Shown here piece by piece: positions 14,340-25,789 of a stretch of DNA of 64,000 nt. The stretch comes from Octopus sinensis (taxonomy: Eukaryota). Below the pieces are notes generated by a model, which saw only the letters and a program-made list of their open reading frames with translations, was not told where the DNA came from and searched no databases. How positions within the stretch are numbered: the stretch's first letter is position 1; the number at the start of each line of letters is the position of its first letter. Location of the stretch: contig NC_043002.1 of NCBI RefSeq assembly GCF_006345805.1, positions 106,702,001 through 106,766,000 of the forward strand, read 5' to 3'. The translations under genes and the position numbers were made by a program.

Positions 14340-14667
14340 CAGATCTGTATCTAAGAGATGAGGAATTGTGTATATTGTTTACATTATTTACATTTGACGG
14401 ATATGGCGTAGTGGTTAAGAGCGTGGGCTACTAACCCCAAGATTCCGAGTTCGATTCCAGACAGTGACCTGAATAATAATAATAATAATTAATAATAATA
14501 ATAATAATAACAATGACAACAACAACAATGAAAAATACCTTAGGGATGAGAAGCCAGGTTCGAAATTTTCCCAACATACCTGATGAAGGCAGGATGGTAT
14601 ATCAGCCGAAACATTGTGTAAACAACAAACAAGATGAGGACAAATGTCCGTCAAATGTAAATAATGT
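14340..14667 (+). mobile_element. tRNA-head/hammerhead element with short inverted tail at 5' end
   Basis: A box TGGCGTAGTGG, B box GAGTTCGATTCC, (AAT)n, CTGATGA..GAAAC core; direct repeat AGACTGTTGGTA at 14328-14339 and 14668-14679. Confidence 0.88.
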
Positions 14668-15302
14668 AGACTGTTGGTATTTAGTTAGCAATAGAGTTGT
14701 TGGTACCACATCCTCTAGAGGTGAAGATAATTTTTTTACCAATCTATGGTATTTGATAGACCTGTATTTCTCTATGTTGTTCAAATACATGCCACTGGCC
14801 ACTCTGAGTTTTTACTTTCAGCTCATTTTTGCTTAAATTATGCAAATTATCTAGGCCCTTAATGTGTTCTACTCACTTCTGTATTAGTCTAAGTCCCCTG
14901 GCTACAGATAATAAGATTAGACTATTGCTATGCTGGTGACACCTATTGAGGCAGAACATGAATTTACAGCTGTCCTCTTGTGTCCAGACAATATATTCTT
15001 TTCTTTAATAGATGTCCAGTCAGGAGAATTCTTGAGATTATCTTCCTTTATGTCCTCTTCAGCATTTGAGTTAATTTACAAGTTAGAAGTAGCTATGTTG
15101 AGAATGCTATATATACTGCGGATGTGAACTTGATTCTACACACCTCACTTGACATAGATATTGGGATCTATGGAGAATGTTATATATACTGTAGATGTGT
15201 CATTTAATTCTACATACCTCAGTTGGCATAGATATTGGGCATATTTTATTATGAGAGGCTGAAATAACAACTAAATCTCCCTTGAACCACACCCTTCACT
15301 CT

Positions 15303-15745
15303 CAACTCTTTTATTACCGTAATGTATTTTGAGATTCTCTGTGGTTCTTTGAATTAATTTTAAATATAACAAAGAACTTAGTTATCATTCAGATAGTGTT
15401 AGGAACATAAATTGTGACTCAGGTTTTATCGAAGATTTTAATTCATAATTTATGAAAACAAGACATTTGTACTACAGAGCCAGGTTGGTATCAAATTGTT
15501 TGTCTATTATATATTTTAACCCTGTTGTTATCATATTTCTGTTAAGATTCTCTGTGTTTCTTTCAATTAATTTTACATATAACAAAGAATTTAGTAAAAT
15601 ATCTTAGTAATGATTAAGCTAGTGTTAGGAGCATAAATTGTAAATAAGGTTTGGTGGAAGATTTTAATTCAAAACTTATGTAAACAAGACATTTGTACTA
15701 CAGGACCAGAGCCAGTTTCAGCCGGGTTGGTAACAAAAGAGATAA
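15303..15745. mobile_element. Same piggyBac-type MITE, degenerate tandem pair in opposite orientation
   Basis: Body is reverse complement of the 48088-48317 unit. Confidence 0.75.
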
Positions 15746-15916
15746 AAATAGTGTGAATCCATTAGATAATGTGCATTATTGCAAGAAGGGAAAATACTGA
15801 ATGGTACAACTGGTCTTGTGAATCGGAGATGACAGGTTAAACAACAACAACAACAACAACAGCAGTAGATAATTGTTGCTGCTCCTGTTGCTAATTATCC
15901 TTTAATATCAATCATT

Positions 15917-17428
15917 CAACAAGGATTAGAATCAAAGGGCCTTAGAGTCAACGTAGCTAAAACCAAAGTCCTAATAAGCAGGAAGGCTGGCAAACCACAA
16001 ATCCCTTCAGGTAGATGGCCCTGCTCAATCTGTAGTAGAGGTGTAGGTAGAAACTCTATAAGATGTACCCAGTGTAAGCTATGGACACATAAGAGGTGCA
16101 GCAATATCAAAGGAAGGCTAACTGGGAAGGTAGTTTTTGTATGTGGCAGATGCTCGGGTGCAATAAACACTGACAATGCACAGAGAACAACTTCCGCCAC
16201 ATTCCAGGGAGAAAAACTAGAAGTAGTTAATAGCTTCCGTTACCTAGGTGACCAAGTCAGTAGCAGGGAAGGGTGCTCTGAAAGTGTAGCTGCTAGAATA
16301 AGAATAGCTTGGGCAAAGTTCAGAGAGCTCTTACCCCTGCTAGTGACAAAGGGCCTCTCGCTCAGAGTAAAAGGTAGACTGTATGACGCATGTGTACAAG
16401 CAGCCATGCTACATGGCAGTGAAACATGGGCTGTGACTGCTGAGGACATGCGTAAGCTCGCAAGGAATGAAGCCAGTATGATCCAATGGATGTGTAATGT
16501 CAGTGTGCATACTCAACAGAGTGTAACTACCTTGAGAGAAAAGTTGGACCTCAGAAGCATCAGATGTGGTGTGCAAGAGAGACGACTGCGCTGGTATGGT
16601 CATATAGTGAGAATGGATGAGGATAGCTGTGTGAAAAAAGCCACACCCTAGCGGTTGAGGGAATCTGTGGAAGAGGTAGACCCAGGAAGACCTGGGATGA
16701 AGTGGTGAAGCACAACCTTCGAACTTTAGGCCTCAGCAAGGAAATGACTAGTGACCAAGACCTTTGGAAATATGCTGTGCTTGAGAAGACCTGGCAAGCC
16801 AAATGAGATTGTAACCTCGTTTGCCTGTGCCAGGGTGTAACCAGCCCACCTGTGCATACCTTTTCCTTCTTTGAACACTAATTTCTGCTTGTGAAGACCT
16901 GTTGAGGCAAGTGAAATTGAAACCGAAATCAAAATCAAAGTGAAATTTGATGATGGGCACAAGCACCATACGAGCGTGGTTGTTGCCAGCCTCGCATTAC
17001 TGGCACTTGTGCCCCGTGCTAGTAGGGTGCTAAGAGCACTATCTGAGCATGATCGTTGCCAGAGTGGCTAACTGGCTTCTGTGCCGGTGGCGTGTAGGAG
17101 GCACCATTCAAGTGGGATCATTACCAGCATCGCCTTACTGGTACCTGTGCTGTTGGCATGTGTAAAAAATTCGAGCGAGGTCGTTGCCAGTACCGCCTGA
17201 CTGGCCCATGTGTAAAAATTCGAGCGAGGTCGTTGCCAGTACCAAGTGACTGGCCCCTGTGCTGGTGGCACGTAAAAGCACCCACTACACTCTCGGAGTG
17301 GTTGGCGTTAGGAAGGGCATCCAGCTGTAGAAACTCTACCAGATCAAGACTGGAGCTTGGTGCAGCCATCTGTTTCGCCAGCCCACAGTCAAACTGTCCA
17401 ACCCATGCTAGCATGGAAAGCGGATGTT
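15917..17428 (+). mobile_element. RTE-clade LINE, 5'-truncated (RT C-terminal part plus 3' UTR)
   Basis: Open frame 15917-16651: GLRVNVAKTK, FRYLG, LHGSETW, RLRWYGHIVRM; frameshift, then GRGRPRKTW; UTR ends in the abundant CATGGAAAGCGGA(C/T)GTT repeat. Confidence 0.93.
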
Positions 17429-18217
17429 TTGTTGGGGTTAGCAATCCCCTGTGAAAACCCTTGAAGGTACTGTTTCTACCCTCACTGCAAGTTACTATCT
17501 GCTTGGTCACTCAGTCTACAATTTTCACTCAGTGTAACCTTCATCTGTCACTTCTCTTGGGCCTTGTTGTGATGTAGTGTTGTTAGGGTTTTACCAATAG
17601 ATTTAGATCTGTGGCACCTGTTGTTTTCTGCAAGGGTCTCAGTGGGACAGGTGTGGAAACTGCCCCCCCCCCCATATAACAGACTCTCTCTCTTCTGGTT
17701 TGTCATTGTATTTATTCAGTCTTTAAAATCAGTGTCTATTAAACTTTTTATCTCTGAGTGTTTTTATGGTCACATGACTGAGGGTAGTGGTGGTGGTGGT
17801 CAGATTTTGGCCCCTTGACCTCATTTGTAGAATAAGTGACTTTTGGCTGTCCTGTTTGTCTGACCTAGCTATTGTATAAAGTTGATGTTTTAGGGTTATA
17901 TTTGTTTAACCCTAACCCAACACTGGTCAATATATCTGGTACAACATTATTGAATGTATCCTTTGTGATCTTCATCAGTTAAGGTGCTAAGATATAATTT
18001 CAAGAAGATTAAGCTGCTATTTCTAGCAGCTTGTATCTTTTGATAATGTATTTTTGACATGTTGAAATCATCAGGGATTTCCTATCCATGTGTGTGAATC
18101 TGTTGTTCTGGTCATCTGTTTAGATTCTGTTAAACTTGGATCTGTTGTGCATATTTTGTTGGCAGAGTCACTTCTGTAATTTATTTATATATTATCTGTT
18201 TATCCTCACAATTGCAG

Positions 18218-18352
18218 ATGAAGGGCCGTTTGGAGCGTCTCCGGATCCACCCGATCCAGAAACTCTTTGTCGAAACATCATTGAAATTTTAGACGATAAC
18301 AATGAATTTCCTGAGAAGATGCGCAAACTGAAAGCTGTTGTTCAGCCAACCA
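18218..18352 (+). CDS. pcx: pecanex exon
   Basis: TTGCAG acceptor, GTAAG donor, phase 1-1; EGPFGASPDPPDPETLCRNIIEILD. Confidence 0.8.
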
Positions 18353-18644
18353 GTAAGTTTCAGCACCCTTGCTCTTTTTCATCCTTGTCAAGGAAAGGCA
18401 AAGGCTACGTGATAGAATGTGCAGAGGAGACAGAAATAATCACTAAACCGTTTTGTGATGTTGATCACCTTCAGCTATATCCAAGTGATCATCATCAGTC
18501 AACTTCTGTTTTCCGTGCTGGCATGGGTTGGACAGTTTGACTGGAACTGGCAAGCCAGAGAGCTGCCTGAGGCTCCACTCGTTTTGCTATGCTTTCTTCG
18601 ACTGAATGCTCTTCTTAATGCCAACCACTTTTACTGAGTGTACC

Positions 18645-19162
18645 AGGTGCTTTTTACATGGCACCATCACAGGTCTTTTTACATGGCACCAGCACAGATG
18701 CTTTTTATGTAATGCCAGCACAGGTGCTTTTTATGTGGCACCAGCACAGGTGCTTTTTATGTGGCACCAGCACAGGTGCTTTTTATGTAATGCCAGCACA
18801 GGTGCTTTTTATGTGGCACCAGCACAGGTGCTTTTTATGTAATGCCAGCACAGGTGCTTTTTATGTGGCACCAGCACAGGTGCTTTTTATGTAATGCCAG
18901 CACAGGTGCTTTTTATGTGGCACCAGCACAGGTGCTTTTTATGTAATGCCAGCACAGGTGCTTTTTATGTGGCACCAGCACAGGTGCTTTTTATGTGGCA
19001 CCAGCACAGGTGCTTTTTATGTAATGCCAGCACAGGTACTTTTTATGTGACACCAGCACAGGTGCTTTTTATGTAATGCCAGCACAGGTGCTTTTTACAT
19101 GGCACCAGCATGGGTGCTTTTTTACATGGCACCAACAAGGGTGCTTTTTATGTGGCACCAGC
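18645..19162 (+). repeat. 26-bp minisatellite, ~20 units, two variants
   Basis: GTGGCACCAGCACAGGTGCTTTTTAT / GTAATGCCAGCACAGGTGCTTTTTAT. Confidence 0.95.
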
Positions 19163-20284
19163 AAAAACGGAAGAACAGGGCGAATGTTTATATTAGGTAG
19201 TTAGTTGAGATAAAATTGTTGACTAGGCAAGGAACATGGATACCAATGTCCTGTCTATTTCCTTTAACTCCAATGTTAAATGCTGCCAATATCTTGGAAT
19301 TGACAAGAATGTTGCATATACTGGTGCTCTGATTACAGCTAGAGTATTAAAGGAATAGTTTAGCAGACCGAAAGAAGTCTGTGCTATTCTTGTTCAATAA
19401 GAACCATATTCCATAATGCTTTTGCAATGTTAGAGATTTTAAACTGGACACTTGAAAAGACCCACCACTCAGTCATCAAGTCTTGGAAGTTACTAACTGC
19501 TTTTTGTGACATTTTATATTGACGATCGTGGCCGTTTGCCAGCCTCGTCTGGCACCTGTGCCGGTGGCACGTAAAAAGCACCCACTACACTCATGGAGTG
19601 GTTGGCGTTAGGAAGGGCATCCAGCCGTAGAAACATTGCCAGATCAGACTGGGCCTGGTGCAGCCTTCTGGCTTCCCAGACCCCAGTTGCACCGTCCAAC
19701 CCATGCCAACATGGAAAGCGGACGCTAAACGATGATGATGACAGTGCCACTAACAGGATCTGTTTTGTGTGACAGTACTCGTATATACACATACACACAT
19801 ACTGAGCACTATTTCTTCTGTATTATCAAACCTGTGTGTATATGTGTGTGTATAATTATCAACTACAAAAAAAGCAATGAAAAATTGTAAATTTTCATAT
19901 TTAATTTATATATATGGTGTGTTTTTACTGTAAATTATTTCCATTTTTAAAGTGGTGGTATGTTGTCAACTTAATGTGACAGTCCCATGAAAAGGAATAA
20001 TACTACTGCTATTTAGCCTTAGGATGCAGTAGTATTCTTCCCTTTCATGGGACTGTTACATTAAGTCGACAGCATATCACCACTTTATTGTGTTACCACT
20101 GTATAAATCTCGCAGAGAGATTTAGAAATGTATTATTTCTATTTTACAGAAAAATCATATTACCGAAATGAGGACCAAAGCAAAGAAAGCAGGTTAAAAG
20201 GTCAGACTTATTAAATTTTACTGTGGACAGATTATAGATGAGACAAAATTTTATATATATATAAATCCTCCTCATCCTTTGACA

Positions 20285-20600
20285 TCCAATTTTCCATGCT
20301 TTCATGTTTCTTGTTGCTGTCCATTTGTTACTTTTTTTCCATGAAGTTCTTCCTTTTGAGCTCAGCCTTCATCACTTCTCTCTGTCACATTCTTCCTCTT
20401 CTACATGTTCTATCCACCTGGATCACTTCATACCTTCTTCACCAAATGTCAGCTTCCAACTGTCCAGACCAGCAGAGCCATCCAATTCCTCACACACTTC
20501 AGTTTTTCTTTCTCTTCACTTGCACTCCATCAATCATTTACACTGATAATGCGTATCCACTGGATACGCAAAATTACCTCATTTATGTACACACTTATTG
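20285..20600 (-). mobile_element. Degenerate RTE 3' fragment
   Basis: Reverse strand resembles the RTE C-terminus (..RRGR..EVMKAEL) followed by the CATGGAAA..GGATGT tail. Confidence 0.55.
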
Positions 20601-20770
20601 TGTACGTCCTCCATATTCATCGTCCACATTGATGAAGCTGCTGCTGCTGATGATGATGATATCTCATTTTGGAAACAAGCCTCATGAATTTTATCCTTCA
20701 CTTGAAGAGAAAATCCCATTGTTGCTAGCAAAGATAATAGCTTCCTCAAATGGCTTAGAATGCATCCGGT

Positions 20771-21156
20771 AACTCTTTTATTTGTTTCAGTCATTTGGCT
20801 GTGGCCAGGCTGGAGCCCTGCCTTTAGTTGAACAAATCGACCCCAGAACTTATTCTTTGTAAGCCTAGTACTTATTTTATCACTCTCTGTTGCTGAACTG
20901 CTAAGTTACGGAGATGTAAACACATTAGCATTGGTTGTCAAGTGATGTTGGGGGGACAAACACAAGTGCGCATACACTCTCACACATATACGACGGGTTC
21001 CTTTCAGTTTCCCCCCCACCAAATCTACTCATAAGGCTTTGGTCAGCCTGGGGCCATAGCAGAAGACACTTGTCAAAGGTGCTATGTAGTGGGACTGAAC
21101 TTGGAACCATTTGGTTGGTAACCAAGCTACTTACCACACATCCACTCCTGCGCCTA
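20771..21156 (-). mobile_element. SINE family 2
   Basis: Family consensus match. Confidence 0.85.
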
Positions 21157-21275
21157 TGTAATAATTTTTCTGTTAATGTATTTAAAATATTTTAGAAATT
21201 TTATTGCTTCCTTGTCTTTTAGAAATCCTTATTTGATTTGATCTGCATGTGTTGGTTGCTAAAATCTATTTTCAG

Positions 21276-21453
21276 AGCCAACTTTGATGAAAGACAAAGC
21301 AACATCTCCGGCTGAACTTGGTGCTATAGGTGGAACCACTCAGGAAGATGGTGATACTAGATCGACGGATTCTAAGTCTGTGACACCAACTGAGGCATCT
21401 GCTCTCCTACCTCTAAAAGATATTCTAAACAAAGAAGATTCACAGTCAAGAAG
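21276..21453 (+). CDS. pcx: pecanex exon
   Basis: TTTTCAG acceptor, AG|GTTTGT donor, phase 1-2; PTLMKDKATSPAEL...DSQSR. Confidence 0.82.
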
Positions 21454-21517
21454 GTTTGTTGATAAATTCTTTGAGAATTGCTAATAAGGCCAGCCAGCCA
21501 TCAGTGATCATTAGTCC

Positions 21518-21651
21518 ATTTACATTATTTACATTTGATGGATATTTGTCCTCATCTTGTTTGTTGTTAACACTTTTCGGCTGATATACCCTCCAGCCTT
21601 CATCAGGTGTCTTGGGGAAATTTCGAACCTGGGTTCTCATTCCTAATGGCA

Positions 21652-21686
<35 letters not shown>

Positions 21687-21811
21687 GTGGTCACTGCCAT
21701 ATGCCCGTGGGCATATGGCGTAGTGGTTAAGAGCACAGGCTACTAACCCCAAGTATTCCGAGTTCAATTCCAGGCAGTGCCCTGAATAATAATAATAACA
21801 ACAACATCGAA
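21518..21811. mobile_element. tRNA-head/hammerhead element, rearranged copy
   Basis: Minus arm with core remnant, palindrome GCCATATGCCC-GT-GGGCATATGGC, plus-strand tRNA-like head; no TSD seen. Confidence 0.82.
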
Positions 21812-22716
21812 GGTTCTGTAAATAGTAAAGGACATCTCTGTAAAAACAGTTTCTTCCAACAATGTAGCCCTGAGCCAACAAAGACCTTGTGAGTGGATTT
21901 AGTTGATGGAAAGTGAAAGGAGACCTTCATTTGTGTATATGTATGTGCAAGAGTGTTTGTGTACCCTTGTCTTGACATTGCACAATTCTTGTAAAGAAAT
22001 TCATTTCCAATATTCTGCAAAAACATATCTGGCTGCAGGGAAATATTACCTTGCTTCAAACAAGTGTTGGCAACAGGAAGCACATCCAGCTGTAGAAAAT
22101 CTGCCTTAGTACACTTCATCCAGTCTGTGCAAGCATGGAAATGTGGACATTACAGCAATGATGGTGAATATTCCCACATTTAAATTGAAACTAGAGATGG
22201 CATGTTGTGGAAAATTGATCATCATCATCATCATCCTCCTCATCATCATCATCATTTAACGTCCGCTTTCCATGTTGGCATGGGCTGGTCAGTTTGACTG
22301 AGGACTTGTGAGCCAGAGGTTGCACCTGGCTCAATCTGATCTGGCAAAGTTTCTACAGCTAGATGCCCTTCCTAATGCCAACCACTCCGAGAGTGTAGTG
22401 GGTGCTTTTTACATACCACCAGCACAAGGGCTAGTCAGGCGGTTCTGGCAACGACCATGCTCAAAAGGTGTTTTTACGTGCTACCTACATGTCTAAAGGA
22501 CATGACATCCATAGCATAGACAGACTGCTGTCCTTGTATGTTGATTGATAAAGTGTGTAAAGATTCAAAGTACTGTGAGTAGATTTGAACCTGTGATCAG
22601 TAGGTCATCTGCATAGTCTCTCACCTCTGTACTCAAACTGAGTGAGACTAAATAGATCTACAGAACTTAAGATGTTTGAAATGTTTGGGGCTATAATCTA
22701 TCTTTTTGTTTTTAAG

Positions 22717-22883
22717 GCGTCGCTATCGTCGAGAAACCGGTCGTGTGAACATGCGTCGTGTGCACACACGACGATCCCCACCGCTGCGTGCTGCACTCTT
22801 CAACATCATTGCTGGAGGGCATCTCGCTTCATCTCATGATGATACCACTGAAGGGGCCATGCACTATTTTCAAGATGAAGTGG
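22717..22883 (+). CDS. pcx: pecanex exon
   Basis: Phase 2-1; RRYRR...GGHLASSHDDTTEGAMHYFQDE pecanex motif; GTAAGT donor. Confidence 0.95.
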
Positions 22884-24119
22884 GTAAGTATTTAAGACTT
22901 CCTGAGTTTCTGTTGGCATGTTTATTGAAAAGGGCTGTAATCCATAGCCTTTCATATGAGCAGTGTATGGGGTCTGTGAGTTTAACATGGGACAGCAATT
23001 ATAATGTATATAGTCTGTGTATAAACTAACTTATTGTGTGTGTGTGTGTGTGTTTAGTAAGAAATGTTGAGTCCATATCTAAGAGAAATATGGTATTGTT
23101 AGGCCTTTGTATGGGTGACTACAGGAAAAGCACAAACATTACAAAACCATTTCTGCACCTATAAAGATGGTAATGATGCTATGGTCTGTAGATTCTATTT
23201 CTACTCTATCCAAACTATTTTTGTTTGAAGGTCAAACCCCACCAATACTGATGTTTCATTTTCTGTCACTGGTTTCATAAAATAGGGAACAGTAATATTC
23301 CATGGTTGAACCAACTGGCCACAGCGATTTCCTTCTAAAACCCTACCCTGTATCTCAGCACTAGGTTCTTGGGATTCTTTGACAGAGTCCACTCTGTTGC
23401 AAGAATTTGAGGCAGGTCTTTGATTTGAAGGTAACTTTCTCTTTTTACTCTTACCTGCCTTGAACAGCCTGAAAAAGAGCCATGAGTACAGCCTTCTCTA
23501 CTCTGACCAAACAATTAAAAAAAAAGATTATCCGGATTTTCTATTTATCATTGTGTACATCATCTAAAAATGTGACTTAACCCTCTTTTTGCTGTCTCTA
23601 AATACACCTGTAGTTGTCTGGAAATCCAATTGTAGTTGCGCCTGTGATCCAAATGTGTATGTGTGTATTACTCACCTGTAATTTAGTGTCTGACTCACCT
23701 GTAGTTTAGTGTCTGAGACTCACCTGTTGATGTGTGTGTCTGTGACTCATGTGTTTGTGTGTCTGTGTCTCGCCTGTAAATGTTTGGACCATAAATAGAA
23801 GGGAAGGTAAATATTCTGCGGCATTTCATGTAGTAGATTTAATAAAGTAAGTACCAGTCATGTAATTGGGTCTGTTTGATCCATGCCTGGTCAAACACCA
23901 CCGTCACCACTTCCCTCTTCTTCTGGCTTTATGAGTGGTGTTAAGTGGGATCTATTCTGCTGCAAGTATTGAGATCCTGCATCATTAGATTAAGCTAGAA
24001 ATTGTGGTTTACTCCTCCTTTTTCTGCCACTATCAGAAGCCATGGCTGTTGCTCTTCATGCTCTGACTCAGACAGTATATCCTTCTTAAAATGTGTGGCC
24101 ATGTTTGAAAGTATTATTA

Positions 24120-24538
24120 ACAGGCACAGGAGTGGCTGTGTGGTAAGTAGCTTGCTTACCAACCACATGGTTCCAGGTTCATTCCCAATGCGTGACATCT
24201 TGGGCAAGTGTCTTCTACTATAGCTTCGGGCCGACCAAAGCCTTGTGAGTGGACTTGGTAGACGGAAACTGAAAGAAGCCTGGCGTATATATGTATATGT
24301 ATACATACATACATACATACATACATGTGTGTGTATGTTTGTGTGTCTGTGTTTGTCCCAACAACATCACTTGACAACTGATGGTATGTTTACGTCCCTG
24401 TAACTTAGCGGTTCGGCAAAAGAAACCGATAGAATAAGTACTAGGCTTACAAAGAATAAGTCCTGGGGTCGATTTGCTTGACTAAAGGCAGTGCTGCAGT
24501 ATGGCCGCAGTCAAATGACTGTAACACGTAAAAGAGAG
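24120..24538 (+). mobile_element. SINE family 2
   Basis: Family consensus match. Confidence 0.85.
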
Positions 24539-24901
24539 TGATACTGGAATTTTGGGGACATTCTTGTATGGTGAGTGATTTAATCTGAAGCTGTGTTGAA
24601 ACTAAAACAATCGCAGCATGGAAGTCATACATTAGCCATTCAAAAACACACAAAGACTGTTTTACTTTCACTTTCACATTTGTTATTTGGCGCCAACATC
24701 TTTGCTGCACCAATTGTGGCCTGTTCACTATCACCGACACAGATCTGCTGCAACTGGTTTGAGACGAGGCTTGTTGGTCAGCATAGTTAGGCTTCAGAGC
24801 TACTTTGTATCTATCTAGGTCAATCATTCAAAGTGTTACTGCTCGGTGTTTATGGTTGATCAGTTAATACTGTATTTGGTTGTAATATTAATATCAATAT
24901 A

Positions 24902-25226
24902 CACACATTATTTACGCTATTTACATTTGATGGATATTTGTCCCTCATTTCGTTTGTTGTTAACACAGTGTTTCAGCTGATATACCCTCCAACCTTCATC
25001 AGGTGTCTTGCAGAAATTTCGAACCTGGGTTCTCATTCCTGAGGTATTTTTCAATGTTATTATTATTATTCAGGTCACTGCCTGGAACTGAACTCAGAAT
25101 CTTACGGTTAGTAGCCCGTGCTCTTAACCACTACGCCATATGCCCACGGGCATATGGCGTAGTGGTTATATCCGTCAAATGTAAATAATATAAATAATGT
25201 CTCATCTCTTAACTATAGAACTGTAT
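24902..25226 (-). mobile_element. tRNA-head/hammerhead element, full minus arm plus short inverted end
   Basis: Complete reverse copy, 21-bp hairpin junction, tail; direct repeat TATCAATATA at 24892-24901 and 25227-25236. Confidence 0.85.
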
Positions 25227-25247
25227 TATCAATATATATGTTTTCAG

Positions 25248-25338
25248 GTAATTGGTTTACCTACACATTTGGAGAGAATAGCTCTGGTGTGGCCCAAGGT
25301 GTTATTGACATGGATCTGGTGAAGTCAAATGATAAAAG
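25248..25338 (+). CDS. pcx: pecanex exon (not in ORF track)
   Basis: TTTTCAG acceptor; GNWFTYTFGENSSG continues the FQDE-GNW motif; phase 1-2, GTATGG donor. Confidence 0.92.
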
Positions 25339-25789
25339 GTATGGTTACTAGTTCAGTTCTCTTTGAATGGGACTCTGTGTGTGTGTGGTGTAATGCTTAT
25401 CTTTCTTCATTTAAAGTCACTAGTTTAGGCATTTAGACACACCATCATCATCATCTTTCTTTTCCAACTGGGATAGCCATGTATCTCCTGTACACCGAGA
25501 CACCTGTTCCTGTCCCCCTATCATGCTTTGACCTCTGACCACCAGCCACAAAGCCACCTCCTTCAATACTATGGCCCCTAATCAGTTAAAAGGTCTCTTC
25601 TTGTGACTTGGTGACCTCACAAGCACCCAGTACACTCTGTAAATTGGTTGGTGTTATGAAGGACATCCAGCTGTAGAGAATTTGCCAAAGTATACTTTGG
25701 AGTTTGGTGCAGTCCTCTGTCTTTCTAGCTCCTATTGAGCTGTTCAACCCATGCTAGCATGGAAAATGGATGTTTAACGATGATGATGT

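Noticed and set aside
14401-14470. Functional tRNA gene (apparent ACT anticodon)
   Set aside because: Acceptor and anticodon stems pair poorly and the sequence continues into a repeated body; it is a SINE head
18645-19162. CRISPR-like regular array
   Set aside because: Units are contiguous with no unique spacers, no cas genes, eukaryotic intron; it is a minisatellite
24560-24860. Non-repetitive-looking stretch with ORFs on both strands
   Set aside because: No recognisable motif or compatible splice sites; could not be classified
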